From assembly GCA_964588605.1 (NCBI GenBank), contig CAZPQB010000002.1, forward strand, positions 59,193 through 83,192: a DNA stretch of 24,000 nucleotides. Reading direction: 5' to 3'. The position numbers and the translations under genes were made by a program. This DNA comes from an uncultured Dehalococcoidaceae bacterium. Lineage in GTDB: Bacteria > Chloroflexota > Dehalococcoidia > Dehalococcoidales > RBG-16-60-22. This document shows positions 8,442 through 17,042 of the stretch, one piece after another (position 1 is the stretch's first letter; every line of letters begins with the position of its first letter). The notes beneath the pieces were generated by a model. That model ran no database searches. It had not been told where the DNA came from and saw nothing but the letters and a program-made list of their open reading frames with translations.

Positions 8442-8716
8442 CTAGATACGATTTTAGTCTATTTTCACCGGAAAGTCTATAATTAGCAGTATTTTTCTTA
8501 TTTTTTCATAGAGGAATAGCGCCGGGGCTTCTAGAGAGTGTTTTCATGCCTGGATCCGGCATCATTACGACAATATATGACATGGTGCATGATGCATCAG
8601 GTCTTAGCTTGAAGGAATTGCTTTCAGTATTGGCTACAGACTGTCTAATGACCAAGGTGGTGCATAAAGGGGCGGGTTGAGTAACTGAGCGGAAATTTTG
8701 GCGTGGGTTGAAGCTT

Positions 8717-9097
8717 TTATGTAGCGACTACCGGGGTCTGGTCAACCACCGATGTACTTAATACCGTTATGATGTTATGGTGTTTCTGATAAACCTGTTC
8801 TACCATAGAAAGCTGGCTTAATATAATGCCTAAAGGCATCGGGCTCTGTAATGAGACAACCATCATAAGACCGTCGTGTTCTGACCAATTATACGATGCT
8901 ATCTCCAAGTTTTCGACCATTTTCAGATACTCACTAAATTGGTCTACCTGTTTATAGTCTTCTGATGACTTAATCTTCAGCCGAACTTCACCTTCATAAA
9001 GCTCAGGATCAATAACATTAGCATCTATCTCGGCTTCTTCAGATTTCCCGTTGTTATTATTCACGATTTCTAAACCACTCTTTGAATAAGATTTCAT
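8717..9097 (-). CDS. Hypothetical protein with small alpha/beta C-terminal domain
   Basis: 126 aa ORF; YEGEVRLKIKSSEDYKQVDQFSEYLKMVENLEIASYNWSEHDGLMMVVSLQSPMPLGIILSQL looks like a folded domain. No clear family assignment from sequence alone. Confidence 0.55.
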   Translation of the reverse strand: MKSYSKSGLEIVNNNNGKSEEAEIDANVIDPELYEGEVRLKIKSSEDYKQVDQFSEYLKMVENLEIASYNWSEHDGLMMVVSLQSPMPLGIILSQLSMVEQVYQKHHNIITVLSTSVVDQTPVVAT

Positions 9098-9194
9098 TAA
9101 GCGGTGCTCATATTTCTAATTAAAATCGGGGTTATGTTGCCTATGGTCCATAATATTCGTTTATAACACACTAAAGAAACCTGCGGAGTATCTG

Positions 9195-9383
9195 CTAATA
9201 GATAAAATCTCTGGTATAGGAGTATCTTCGGTACTGTCTGAGGTGATGGATAAATCGCTTGATCTCTACAGGTCGCATATAGGTTGACGTTTCCAAGGGG
9301 ATTGGTACGCGTTCCGGGCTATGAAGAGATTCCAGGACTTTATTGAGCGTCGAGTGTAGTGGCACCGATGATAAAGCTTTCAT
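9195..9383 (-). CDS. Small hypothetical protein (62 aa)
   Basis: ORF preceded by a strong Shine-Dalgarno on the minus strand (GGAGGAGGAAAAAAGATG). No recognised domain. Confidence 0.4.
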   Translation of the reverse strand: MKALSSVPLHSTLNKVLESLHSPERVPIPLETSTYMRPVEIKRFIHHLRQYRRYSYTRDFIY

Positions 9384-9410
9384 CTTTTTTCCTCCTCCAC
9401 TAATAGTCCT

Positions 9411-9435
9411 AGTACTATATTGCCGTCATAGTACT
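9411..9435. repeat. Perfect 8-bp inverted repeat AGTACTAT-N9-ATAGTACT
   Basis: Arms at 9411-9418 and 9428-9435, directly upstream of the SD of the 62-aa ORF. Confidence 0.6.
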
Positions 9436-9569
9436 TCGGTAATGATAAACAAAACGTAAATAGCGCAGGATAATATGTAAACATTCTATAAATATTGAAG
9501 TGATGATGAAATTTAAGAAGTATATTGATAGAATGAGAGGGAATGTGCAAATAGGATTAATTCTGGATT

Positions 9570-9908
9570 ATGGCTGAAGTATTAAATATCATTACATTAT
9601 TGGCTGGCATAGTAGCGGGTCTAGTAGGCGGAATCATTATTAACCAGGCACTGATATTTACCGGTGCGGTTCTTGTGTGCATCCCCTTCACGATGAAATT
9701 AATAGACGAGCTACTGGCAAGAAAGCTTGTAGAAGCCTTAATCAAATGCCTCGGTATCACGGCCTTTATAGCTGTTTGTGTCTGGACAGTGGAATCAGGT
9801 AATGAACAGCTTACTACCACTTTTTTTAATAGACCTGTTTTGTGGCTTATTGTCGTTGGTGCCGGTCTTATTCAACTGTTGTGGGTGTTACTCGTTAAAC
9901 CAAAGTAA
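9570..9908 (+). CDS. Small integral membrane protein (three or four predicted TM segments)
   Basis: 112 aa ORF: MAEVLNIITLLAGIVAGLVGGIIINQALIFTGAVLVCIPFTMKLID...; hydrophobic pattern. Confidence 0.5.
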   Translation: MAEVLNIITLLAGIVAGLVGGIIINQALIFTGAVLVCIPFTMKLIDELLARKLVEALIKCLGITAFIAVCVWTVESGNEQLTTTFFNRPVLWLIVVGAGLIQLLWVLLVKPK

Positions 9909-10197
9909 TAATTAACAGATAAAGCGGCCGCACGAATTATAATGCTTTGTTTCAACATTATCTCCTGCTCCCAAGAGTCCAGATGGAGTTAAGACATTTC
10001 CGGGAATTCAGTGCATCTGGGTATTCTCAACATAATCTTATTCGATTCATGCTATGAATAGCTTCTCGATAAAGATTTAATTACTATATATTTATAGCAT
10101 TCCAGTAGTACCACACGGATCTGTTTCGCAAAATATTAAACAATAATGGTCTTTTATCGTCTTTTGTCCTATATATTAAAATTATAATTTGTGCCAT

Positions 10198-10238
10198 TTG
10201 TCAACAAATTTGACAATATTATGTTTATGTAGTATTAT
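10198..10238 (+). promoter_or_regulatory. Sigma70-type promoter with inverted repeat over the -35, upstream of response regulator
   Basis: TTGACA (10210-10215), 17 nt spacer, TATTAT (10233-10238). TTGTCAA (10198-10204)-N5-TTGACAA (10210-10216) is a perfect 7-bp inverted repeat. Confidence 0.6.
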
Positions 10239-10424
10239 TACTTCTGCCAGCTTAATGCACTAATGGAGTAATAAGTCATATTAAGGAGGTGCGCTATATT
10301 AACACCATTTTTCATTCATCCGGGTCATTCATAAAAAAATCGGCACTATAAATGGTCAGATACGTCTGTATGAGACGCCATTGAGAGGTCGTTCATAAAC
10401 TCACAGACAACGGAGAACAAAGCC

Positions 10425-10841
10425 ATGACCAGGAATCGCAAGGCAGAGACGGTACTTATCATAGAGGACGAAACCGAAATCCAGAACTTTGTTTCCCGGG
10501 TGCTGGAACTCGAAGGCTACCGGGTACTTAAGGCAAGTAACGGCAAGACGGGAATGGAAATAATCAGGGAGAATCCTGTATCACTGGTAGTGCTGGACCT
10601 CCGTTTGCCCGGACCCGATGGCTGGTCCATACTACGCGAGATTAAAGGCAATCCATCTTATTCAAATATTCCCGTGGTTGTTCTTACCGCCATAGCCGAG
10701 TCAGCACAGCGGAGGAGGACAATGCGCATGGGTGCTAACCAGTACCTTGTCAAACCACTGAGCGCACACAGCCTGAGCAGAACAATCGCCAGTACTTTGC
10801 ATCAGGGTGGAAGCCACCTTTATAAAGGTGTTTTGAAATAG
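10425..10841 (+). CDS. Single-domain response regulator (CheY-like receiver)
   Basis: 138 aa: TVLIIEDETEIQNFVSRVLELEGYRVLKA, SLVVLDLRLPGPDGWSILREI, VVVLTAIAES, GANQYLVKPLSAHSL. Confidence 0.9.
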   Translation: MTRNRKAETVLIIEDETEIQNFVSRVLELEGYRVLKASNGKTGMEIIRENPVSLVVLDLRLPGPDGWSILREIKGNPSYSNIPVVVLTAIAESAQRRRTMRMGANQYLVKPLSAHSLSRTIASTLHQGGSHLYKGVLK

Positions 10842-10885
10842 CAGTGTCCGCCCTATTCAACGGTCATGTTCCGTAAAGATATCGA

Positions 10886-11320
10886 CTATTTTGCCTCTGT
10901 AGGCTTTCTGACATACTGCGCCGTCAGGGCAATATCCATGAACACAATAGGTTTACCAATTCTCTTGAATTCGAGAGGGGTATGCACCATGCCGGCGGGG
11001 ACATATACAAAACACGCTCTGGTGATTACCAGTTTTTCCTGTTCGTCACCACCCCCCAGATATAACCAGATTTCGGCGTCAAAATCATTTACGTTGGTGG
11101 GGTCGCTGCCCTGAAAAGCCAGGAACTGGTCGAAGTCATGCGTGTGAGGTTCGTTTATCATCAGGAATGGAGCTGTCACACAGAACCAGTCCATCCTGTA
11201 GCCGGAATCCCATTCTTTACCCCAGATGTGAAAAGATGGAGCCGTGAGCGCCGGAAAAAGCTTGGTAAAATCCCCGGTAGGCTCATATTTGACGTATTTC
11301 GCAAATTTGCTTTCTGCCAT
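10886..11320 (-). CDS. Cupin-fold-like hypothetical protein
   Basis: 144 aa: INEPHTHDFDQFLAFQGSDP...DAEIWLYLGGGDEQEKLVITRACFVYVPAGMVHTPLEFKRIGKPIVFMDI; H-x-H and PAGMVHTPL are cupin-like. Confidence 0.65.
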   Translation of the reverse strand: MAESKFAKYVKYEPTGDFTKLFPALTAPSFHIWGKEWDSGYRMDWFCVTAPFLMINEPHTHDFDQFLAFQGSDPTNVNDFDAEIWLYLGGGDEQEKLVITRACFVYVPAGMVHTPLEFKRIGKPIVFMDIALTAQYVRKPTEAK

Positions 11321-11402
11321 TTCTTATCGCCTCCTTATCAGACATTATCATAAGGTAATAGCTTTAATTGTGTCCAGCCTATCTGAATCATAAGGCAATT
11401 CG

Positions 11403-11594
11403 TTAGTCTCGCCGGGAAATAAATTCTTTGACCCGGCGTTCAAAGACACCTCTCTCAAGGAGAACGCGACGCCCGCATTTAAGGCATTTGATGCCGATAT
11501 CGGCCCCCAGCCTCACCACCTGCCACTCGTAGCCGCCGCAGGGATGTACCCTCTTGAGTCGGACCACATCACCGAGCTTGATTTCAAGTACCAT
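11403..11594 (-). CDS. DUF951-like small protein
   Basis: 63 aa: IKLGDVVRLKRVHPCGGYEWQVVRLGADIGIKCLKCGRRVLLERGVFERRVKEFI. Confidence 0.85.
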   Translation of the reverse strand: MVLEIKLGDVVRLKRVHPCGGYEWQVVRLGADIGIKCLKCGRRVLLERGVFERRVKEFISRRD

Positions 11595-11607
11595 ATTTAT
11601 ATTGCCA

Positions 11608-12426
11608 TTACGAAGCAGGATTGGACAGCAAGTGGTTAATCCCGTCCCTCATCTCCAAAGCTGCCTGCCTGGCAGCTAAAGCAAAGTCCTTATCTCTTGA
11701 GGCGTAAAGAATCTGACGCGAGGAATTGATAATAGTCCTCTGTCTCCCGGCATCAACGCCATAGCTAACCACCTGCGATAATCCCCCGCCCTGAGCCCCG
11801 ACGCCGGGTATGAGGAGCGGCATATCCGGATACCTCTGCCGTATTAGTTTCAGTTCCTCGGGGTAGGTAGCCCCGACCACCAGTCCCAGGTTGCCATGAG
11901 TATTCCACTGACTGACTTTCTCAGCGACTATTTCAAAGAGCGCTTTACGGCTACCGTTTACTTCACATGAGAGAGACTGAAAATCAACAGCGCCAGCATT
12001 GGAGGTACGGCATAGGATAAAGACGCCGCGGTCATGGTACTGGATAAAAGGCTCTAAGGAATCAAAACCGAGATAAGGGCTGACCGTGGTAGCATCAAAG
12101 CCGTAATAATCAAAGAGGCTCCGGGCATAGGCTTTCGCCGTATTACCGATATCACCCCGCTTGGCATCTATAATAGCCGGCACACCTACGGGTATATAAT
12201 CTCTCGTACGCTTCAGGGCATCAAGGCCATCATTCCCCAGGGCTTCATAGAAGGCGATATTCGGCTTATAGGCACATACCATGTCGGCAGTGGCATCGAT
12301 AATTGCCTTATTGAATTCAAAAATACCTACCCCATCCGGCATCAACGAGGGGTCGGGGTCGAGGCCGACGCAAAGCAAGCTCTGGTTATCCTGACTGGTC
12401 CGGGCCAGCTTCTCAATAAAATCCAT
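11608..12426 (-). CDS. pyrF: Orotidine 5'-phosphate decarboxylase
   Basis: 272 aa: SLLCVGLDPDPSLMP, YKPNIAFYEALG, VPAIIDAKRGDIGNTAKAYARSLFDYYGFDATTVSPYLG, LIPGVGAQGG. Confidence 0.95.
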   Translation of the reverse strand: MDFIEKLARTSQDNQSLLCVGLDPDPSLMPDGVGIFEFNKAIIDATADMVCAYKPNIAFYEALGNDGLDALKRTRDYIPVGVPAIIDAKRGDIGNTAKAYARSLFDYYGFDATTVSPYLGFDSLEPFIQYHDRGVFILCRTSNAGAVDFQSLSCEVNGSRKALFEIVAEKVSQWNTHGNLGLVVGATYPEELKLIRQRYPDMPLLIPGVGAQGGGLSQVVSYGVDAGRQRTIINSSRQILYASRDKDFALAARQAALEMRDGINHLLSNPAS

Positions 12427-12452
12427 TCGGTGAATCTCCCCCGATAGCAGCG

Positions 12453-12734
12453 CTAATCGCCAGTTGATAATCTGGAAGCATCATGCTGTGTCGTAAGCGC
12501 CTCCGGAGGGAGCATATTGGCCAGGATTTTTTCCAAGGCCATGGTATGACTGCATAGACCCCAGCTCGAGAAGAAGCTACAGGAACAGTGCCACTTACCA
12601 TCCTTATAGCTGGTATCATAGTCGCTGTTCTCACCGCGGAACTTGACCGATAATTCGTAGAAGGTAACCCTGTCTGTTTCCTGTGCATAGCGCTTGGCTT
12701 TTTCGATTTTACCAATCAGACTTGATTGCATCAT
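12453..12734 (-). CDS. Small SWIM zinc-finger protein
   Basis: 93 aa with WHCSCSFFSSWGLCSHTMALEKIL (CxC...CxH SWIM motif). Confidence 0.7.
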   Translation of the reverse strand: MMQSSLIGKIEKAKRYAQETDRVTFYELSVKFRGENSDYDTSYKDGKWHCSCSFFSSWGLCSHTMALEKILANMLPPEALTTQHDASRLSTGD

Positions 12735-13079
12735 CGTTACCTCCTTGACTCAAAGAGCACTGACTCTAACGAGCACAGTGCCCCAGTTTTGTCGTCGTGA
12801 TGAAGACTCCATAGCCTCACAAACGTATGTCATTCCTCAGTCCTTCATCTCTTACTAAATTCTACTCCCTTTTTTATGATAAGTCTAGCCGTATATATAT
12901 TATTCTTTATTTCATTTGCTGGCTAGCCCTGAGCTACTATAAATGCTTGCACCCTTGCTGGTACTTACCAACTACCCTATTATGACTTTAATATCATTAT
13001 TCTGGGCATTCTGTAATCGGAATGAGGAGAGCACAAACACCCTGAATAATATACTACCTGGTAAAGGGGACAGTTCAAT

Positions 13080-14537
13080 ATGACGATCACCGTCAAATCA
13101 CAGGAAGCAAAAAGAAAGTTAAACAGCAGGTTGAAGCCAGATAGAAAGTCTTATGAGGAAAAGCCTGCCTCCCCGGCAGCACACGGAGTCATTTACAGCA
13201 AAAGGCTAGGCTTCTGCCCATTCTCGGTACCACCATTGAAAGACTATAAAGCGATACTGGGAGAAGAGAGAACAGAAAGGCTGCAGAGAGCCGCTGAACG
13301 CCTGAAAGGCCATAAAGTGCTGGAGCTGAACGCTACCGCGCAGGGCGGCGGGGTCGCCGAGATGCTTTACAGCTCCGTTCCCTTCCTCAACAACCTCGGC
13401 GTCGAGACAGACTGGAGAATTATCAGCGGCAACGATGAATTCTTCGAATGTACCAAGGGCCTGCACAATCTGTTGCAGGGCATGAAGGGAAGCTTCACCC
13501 AGGAGATGGAAAGGTCGTATTACTGCACCATTGCCGATTGCGCCCGCAGCAATATCACCGACCATAATCCCGACATCATCATGGTCAATGACCCTCAACC
13601 GCTCGGCCTGGCACGCCACCTCAAGCGGTCGGGCGAAAGCTGGCTCTGGAGATGCCATATAGATATCGAGGAGACACCCATGGATGCCAACCCCGGTCTG
13701 TGGGACTTCATGACCAACTGGATAGAGCCGTTTGATGCCGCTATATTCTCAGCAGCTCATTACGTCGTGACACGCTGGCCCCTACCCAGTTTCATCATCC
13801 CACCCTTTATTGACCCTCTTTCCGAGAAAAACCGTGAGCTGAGCCAGGAAGAGATAGACCAGGTGCTTGCCAAATACGAAATAGACGCCAGAATTCCCAT
13901 CATCGCTCAAATAGGCCGTTTCGACCCATGGAAAGGGCTGGACAGGACAATCGCCACTTTCCGCCACGTGAGGAAAGAACATAAATGCCAGCTCATTCTG
14001 GCTGGCGGCATGGCCTCTGACGACCCCGAAGGTGAAAGGATACTGGCCAGAATTTGTGAAGATACAAAAAATGATGAAGACATCCGCATACTTAACCTCT
14101 CACTGTCAAACCGCCTAGAAAACTGGAGGGAAGTGAACGCACTCCAGCGGTCGGCAACCGTTATCATGCAGCCGTCATCACGGGAGGGATTCGGGCTGGT
14201 CATTACAGAGGCGCTCTGGAAGGCCAAACCTGTTATAGCAGCTAATGTCGGCGCCATTCCGCTTCAGATAAGAGATGGAGACACCGGTTATTTTTACGAG
14301 ACCCCGCATAAAACGGCGCAGAGGGTAATACACCTATTGAAAAACAGGAAATTCGCTGAAACCCTCAGCCAGAGAGCTAAAAACTATGTCGGTGAACACT
14401 TCCTTATGCCAGACCGGATTGCCGATTATCTCATGGCGATGTTCATGAGTATGAGCAGGAACGGTGACCGTTCGATGCCCCGCGACTCTATAATCAGTTT
14501 TCACCCATGGTTCAAGATGAGCAAACGGAGACACTGA
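13080..14537 (+). CDS. treT: GT4 glycosyltransferase, trehalose synthase (TreT)-like
   Basis: 485 aa: VLELNATAQGGGVAEMLYSSVPFLNNLGVETDWRIISGN, WRCHIDIE, AQIGRFDPWKGLDRTI, VIMQPSSREGFGLVITEALWKAKPVIAANVGAIPLQI. Confidence 0.82.
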   Translation: MTITVKSQEAKRKLNSRLKPDRKSYEEKPASPAAHGVIYSKRLGFCPFSVPPLKDYKAILGEERTERLQRAAERLKGHKVLELNATAQGGGVAEMLYSSVPFLNNLGVETDWRIISGNDEFFECTKGLHNLLQGMKGSFTQEMERSYYCTIADCARSNITDHNPDIIMVNDPQPLGLARHLKRSGESWLWRCHIDIEETPMDANPGLWDFMTNWIEPFDAAIFSAAHYVVTRWPLPSFIIPPFIDPLSEKNRELSQEEIDQVLAKYEIDARIPIIAQIGRFDPWKGLDRTIATFRHVRKEHKCQLILAGGMASDDPEGERILARICEDTKNDEDIRILNLSLSNRLENWREVNALQRSATVIMQPSSREGFGLVITEALWKAKPVIAANVGAIPLQIRDGDTGYFYETPHKTAQRVIHLLKNRKFAETLSQRAKNYVGEHFLMPDRIADYLMAMFMSMSRNGDRSMPRDSIISFHPWFKMSKRRH

Positions 14538-14596
14538 GAAGCGGGCACTATCGTCTCTTTGACAGCAAGCCCCACTAATTTTATAATAACGTTACG

Positions 14597-15721
14597 ATGA
14601 AGAAATATAGAATAGGCGTCCTGACGGGCGGCGGCGACTGCGCGGGGCTGAACCCCGCACTTAAGTGGGTGGTTAAGACCGCCATGGATGAAAGACTCGA
14701 ATGGGAAAGAGGCGTCCGCTACGAGGTCCTAGGTATACATGACGGATGGAAGGGACTGGTTAATGTCGACATGTCCAGCCTGGATACCCAAGGACAAATA
14801 ACACCGCTCAATCCGGACATAGTCAGGACCTGGGATAGATACGGCGGCACTTTTCTCGGGACCTCGCGCCTCAGCCCCTACGACCCGAAAAACGACTGCT
14901 CGAAAACGGTCATAGAAAACATAAAAAGCCTCGGCCTGGAGGCGGTCATCGCTATCGGTGGCGACGGCACCCTAGCGATTGCCACCAGGTTATCAAAAGA
15001 AGGGGTGAACGTTGTCGGCATACCCAAGACAATTGACAAAGACCTCCCCGAAACCGACTACGCCTTAGGATATGAAACTGCCCTGAACGTCATCATCGAA
15101 GAAGTGGACAGGCTGAGGACTACCGCCGGTTCGCACAAAAGGATTTTCGTGGTGGAAACGATGGGCAGGACGGCCGGCTGGCTGGCTCTGCAGGGCGGGG
15201 AAGCCTGCGGGGCTTATATTATCCTAATCCCGGAATATGACTTCACTATAGACAGGGTAAACGAACTGGTCATGGAAGGTAGAAGGGCCGGCACCAGGTA
15301 TGAGATTATCGTGGTGGCCGAGGGGGCGAAACCAAAAGGCGGTACGGAAATAGTTAAAAAAGAAGGGGTGGACAGCTTCGGCCACAAAGCCCTGGGGGGC
15401 ATCGGCAATTTCCTGGCTCAGGAAATTGAAAAAGGCACCAAACTGGAAACACGTAGCGTCACGCTAAGTCACCTTCAGCGCGGCGGCGCTCCATGCGCCT
15501 ATGACCGTAGAATGGGGAGATACTTCGGCATCGCCGCCGTTGATTTGGTAGTAAAGGGAAATTACGGCAAGATGGTATGCTTTAAAAACGGCAAGATTGG
15601 ATACTGCGCGCTTGAAAATATATACGGCAAATTGAACCTCGTAGACGTGGCGACGGAGTATGACACGGACAGGTACAACGGACGCCGCACTATCATCAGC
15701 AGTAAAAAGAGACATGCATAA
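14597..15721 (+). CDS. pfkA: 6-phosphofructokinase, mixed-substrate type
   Basis: 374 aa: GVLTGGGDCAGLNPALKWVV, AIGGDGTLAIATRLSKEGVNVVGIPKTIDKDLPETDYALGYETAL, FVVETMGRTAGWLAL. Confidence 0.9.
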   Translation: MKKYRIGVLTGGGDCAGLNPALKWVVKTAMDERLEWERGVRYEVLGIHDGWKGLVNVDMSSLDTQGQITPLNPDIVRTWDRYGGTFLGTSRLSPYDPKNDCSKTVIENIKSLGLEAVIAIGGDGTLAIATRLSKEGVNVVGIPKTIDKDLPETDYALGYETALNVIIEEVDRLRTTAGSHKRIFVVETMGRTAGWLALQGGEACGAYIILIPEYDFTIDRVNELVMEGRRAGTRYEIIVVAEGAKPKGGTEIVKKEGVDSFGHKALGGIGNFLAQEIEKGTKLETRSVTLSHLQRGGAPCAYDRRMGRYFGIAAVDLVVKGNYGKMVCFKNGKIGYCALENIYGKLNLVDVATEYDTDRYNGRRTIISSKKRHA

Positions 15722-17012
15722 CGATATGGACCAGTTGAGAATTGAGAAGAACAGTAATATTGACACACTGGTAGAGCTGGCTGTCTTCGGTGCCGAAAAC
15801 CAGATGAGGGAGGAGCACCATCGCATCATCCGTGAGATGGCAGTCGGTCGGGGCATCTTCCCTGCCAGCATCCAGAGACTCTATGAAGCCGCCGGCAAAG
15901 GACTATACAGCGGTATAACCGTGCCCGCGATAAACATCAGAGGCATTACCTATCCTATCGCCAGGGCTGTCTTCCGGGCAGCCATAAAAAACAGGACCGG
16001 CGCCTTTATCTTCGAGATTGCCCGCTCCGAGATAGGCTACACCCTGCAAAGACCGGGAGAATATGTCGCGTGCATACTGGCCGCCGCCATCAGGGAAGAA
16101 TTCACCGGCCCCGTTTTTATCCAGGGAGACCACTTCCAGGTCAGGCGGCGCATGTACCGGGAAGACCCAGAGGCTGAATTATATAATATCAAACAGCTTA
16201 TACGGGAAGCGGTCGCCGCCGGGTTTCTGAATATTGATATTGATGCATCAACCCTGGTAGATATAGACAAACCGGGCCTGAGCGAACAACAGGAAATGAA
16301 CTCCCGGATAACCGCGGAGATGACCAAGCTCATGCGCAGTATCGAACCGAAAGGTACAACCATTTCTGTAGGTGGTGAGATTGGTGAAATCGGCAAGGGC
16401 AACAGCACCATTGCCGACCTCAGGGCCTTCATGGATAGCTATCTCAGCCAGCTTGGCGAGGGTGTTAAGGGCATCTCTAAAATCAGCGTGCAAACCGGTA
16501 CGTCACATGGCGGCGTCGTCCTGCCCGACGGGTCAATCGCCCGGGTAAGCATTGATTTCAATACACTGAAGGAGCTCTCCAGAGTAGCCCGGGAAGAATA
16601 TGGTATGGGTGGGGCGGTACAGCACGGTGCTTCTACCCTGCCCGACGAAGCCTTCGATATGTTCCCCAAGGTTGACACGGTTGAAGTACACCTAGCTACC
16701 GGGTTTCAAAATCTCGTCTACGACAGCCCGTATTTCCCCAAGAACCTGCGAGACGAGATATACAAGCACATTGCCGTTAAATACGCCGACGAGAGAACTC
16801 CCGAGCAAACGGATGAGCAATTCTATTACAGGACACGCAGGAAAGCATTTGGAGATTTCAAGAAAGAACTGTGGCACATCCCCACACAGAATCTCAACGA
16901 GATAATGAAAGAACTCGAAGACCGCTTCTCTTTAATCTTCCACAAACTTAATGTAATTGACACAACCGGACTGGTCAGTAAATACGTGACCAATCCTTCC
17001 TCACCTCAATAA
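15714..17012 (+). CDS. Divergent class II (zinc-dependent) fructose/tagatose-bisphosphate aldolase family protein; start revised from 15660
   Basis: ATG at 15714 overlaps the pfkA stop by 8 nt (ATGCATAA), same frame as the track ORF from 15660. Motifs VFIQGDHFQ, GGEIGEIGKGNS, SVQTGTSHGGVV, QHGASTLPDE, EVHLATGFQN align conceptually with class II aldolase metal and substrate sites. Confidence 0.75.
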   Translation: MHNDMDQLRIEKNSNIDTLVELAVFGAENQMREEHHRIIREMAVGRGIFPASIQRLYEAAGKGLYSGITVPAINIRGITYPIARAVFRAAIKNRTGAFIFEIARSEIGYTLQRPGEYVACILAAAIREEFTGPVFIQGDHFQVRRRMYREDPEAELYNIKQLIREAVAAGFLNIDIDASTLVDIDKPGLSEQQEMNSRITAEMTKLMRSIEPKGTTISVGGEIGEIGKGNSTIADLRAFMDSYLSQLGEGVKGISKISVQTGTSHGGVVLPDGSIARVSIDFNTLKELSRVAREEYGMGGAVQHGASTLPDEAFDMFPKVDTVEVHLATGFQNLVYDSPYFPKNLRDEIYKHIAVKYADERTPEQTDEQFYYRTRRKAFGDFKKELWHIPTQNLNEIMKELEDRFSLIFHKLNVIDTTGLVSKYVTNPSSPQ

Positions 17013-17042
17013 GCCGCCGGCACATCCCTACGGATGTCAGGA

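Noticed and set aside
9924-9931. GCGGCCGC (NotI-like) octamer in AT-rich intergenic DNA as a sign of vector or adapter sequence
   Set aside because: A single isolated 8-mer with natural-looking flanks; no adapter or vector sequence surrounds it.
12413-12715. 100-aa minus ORF overlapping the SWIM gene
   Set aside because: Alternative frame of the SWIM/pyrF region. The SWIM motif supports the 12453-12734 frame instead.
15660-15713. N-terminal extension MTRTGTTDAALSSAVKRD of the aldolase ORF in the track
   Set aside because: It lies entirely within the pfkA coding sequence; the ATG at 15714, overlapping the pfkA stop, is the more plausible start.
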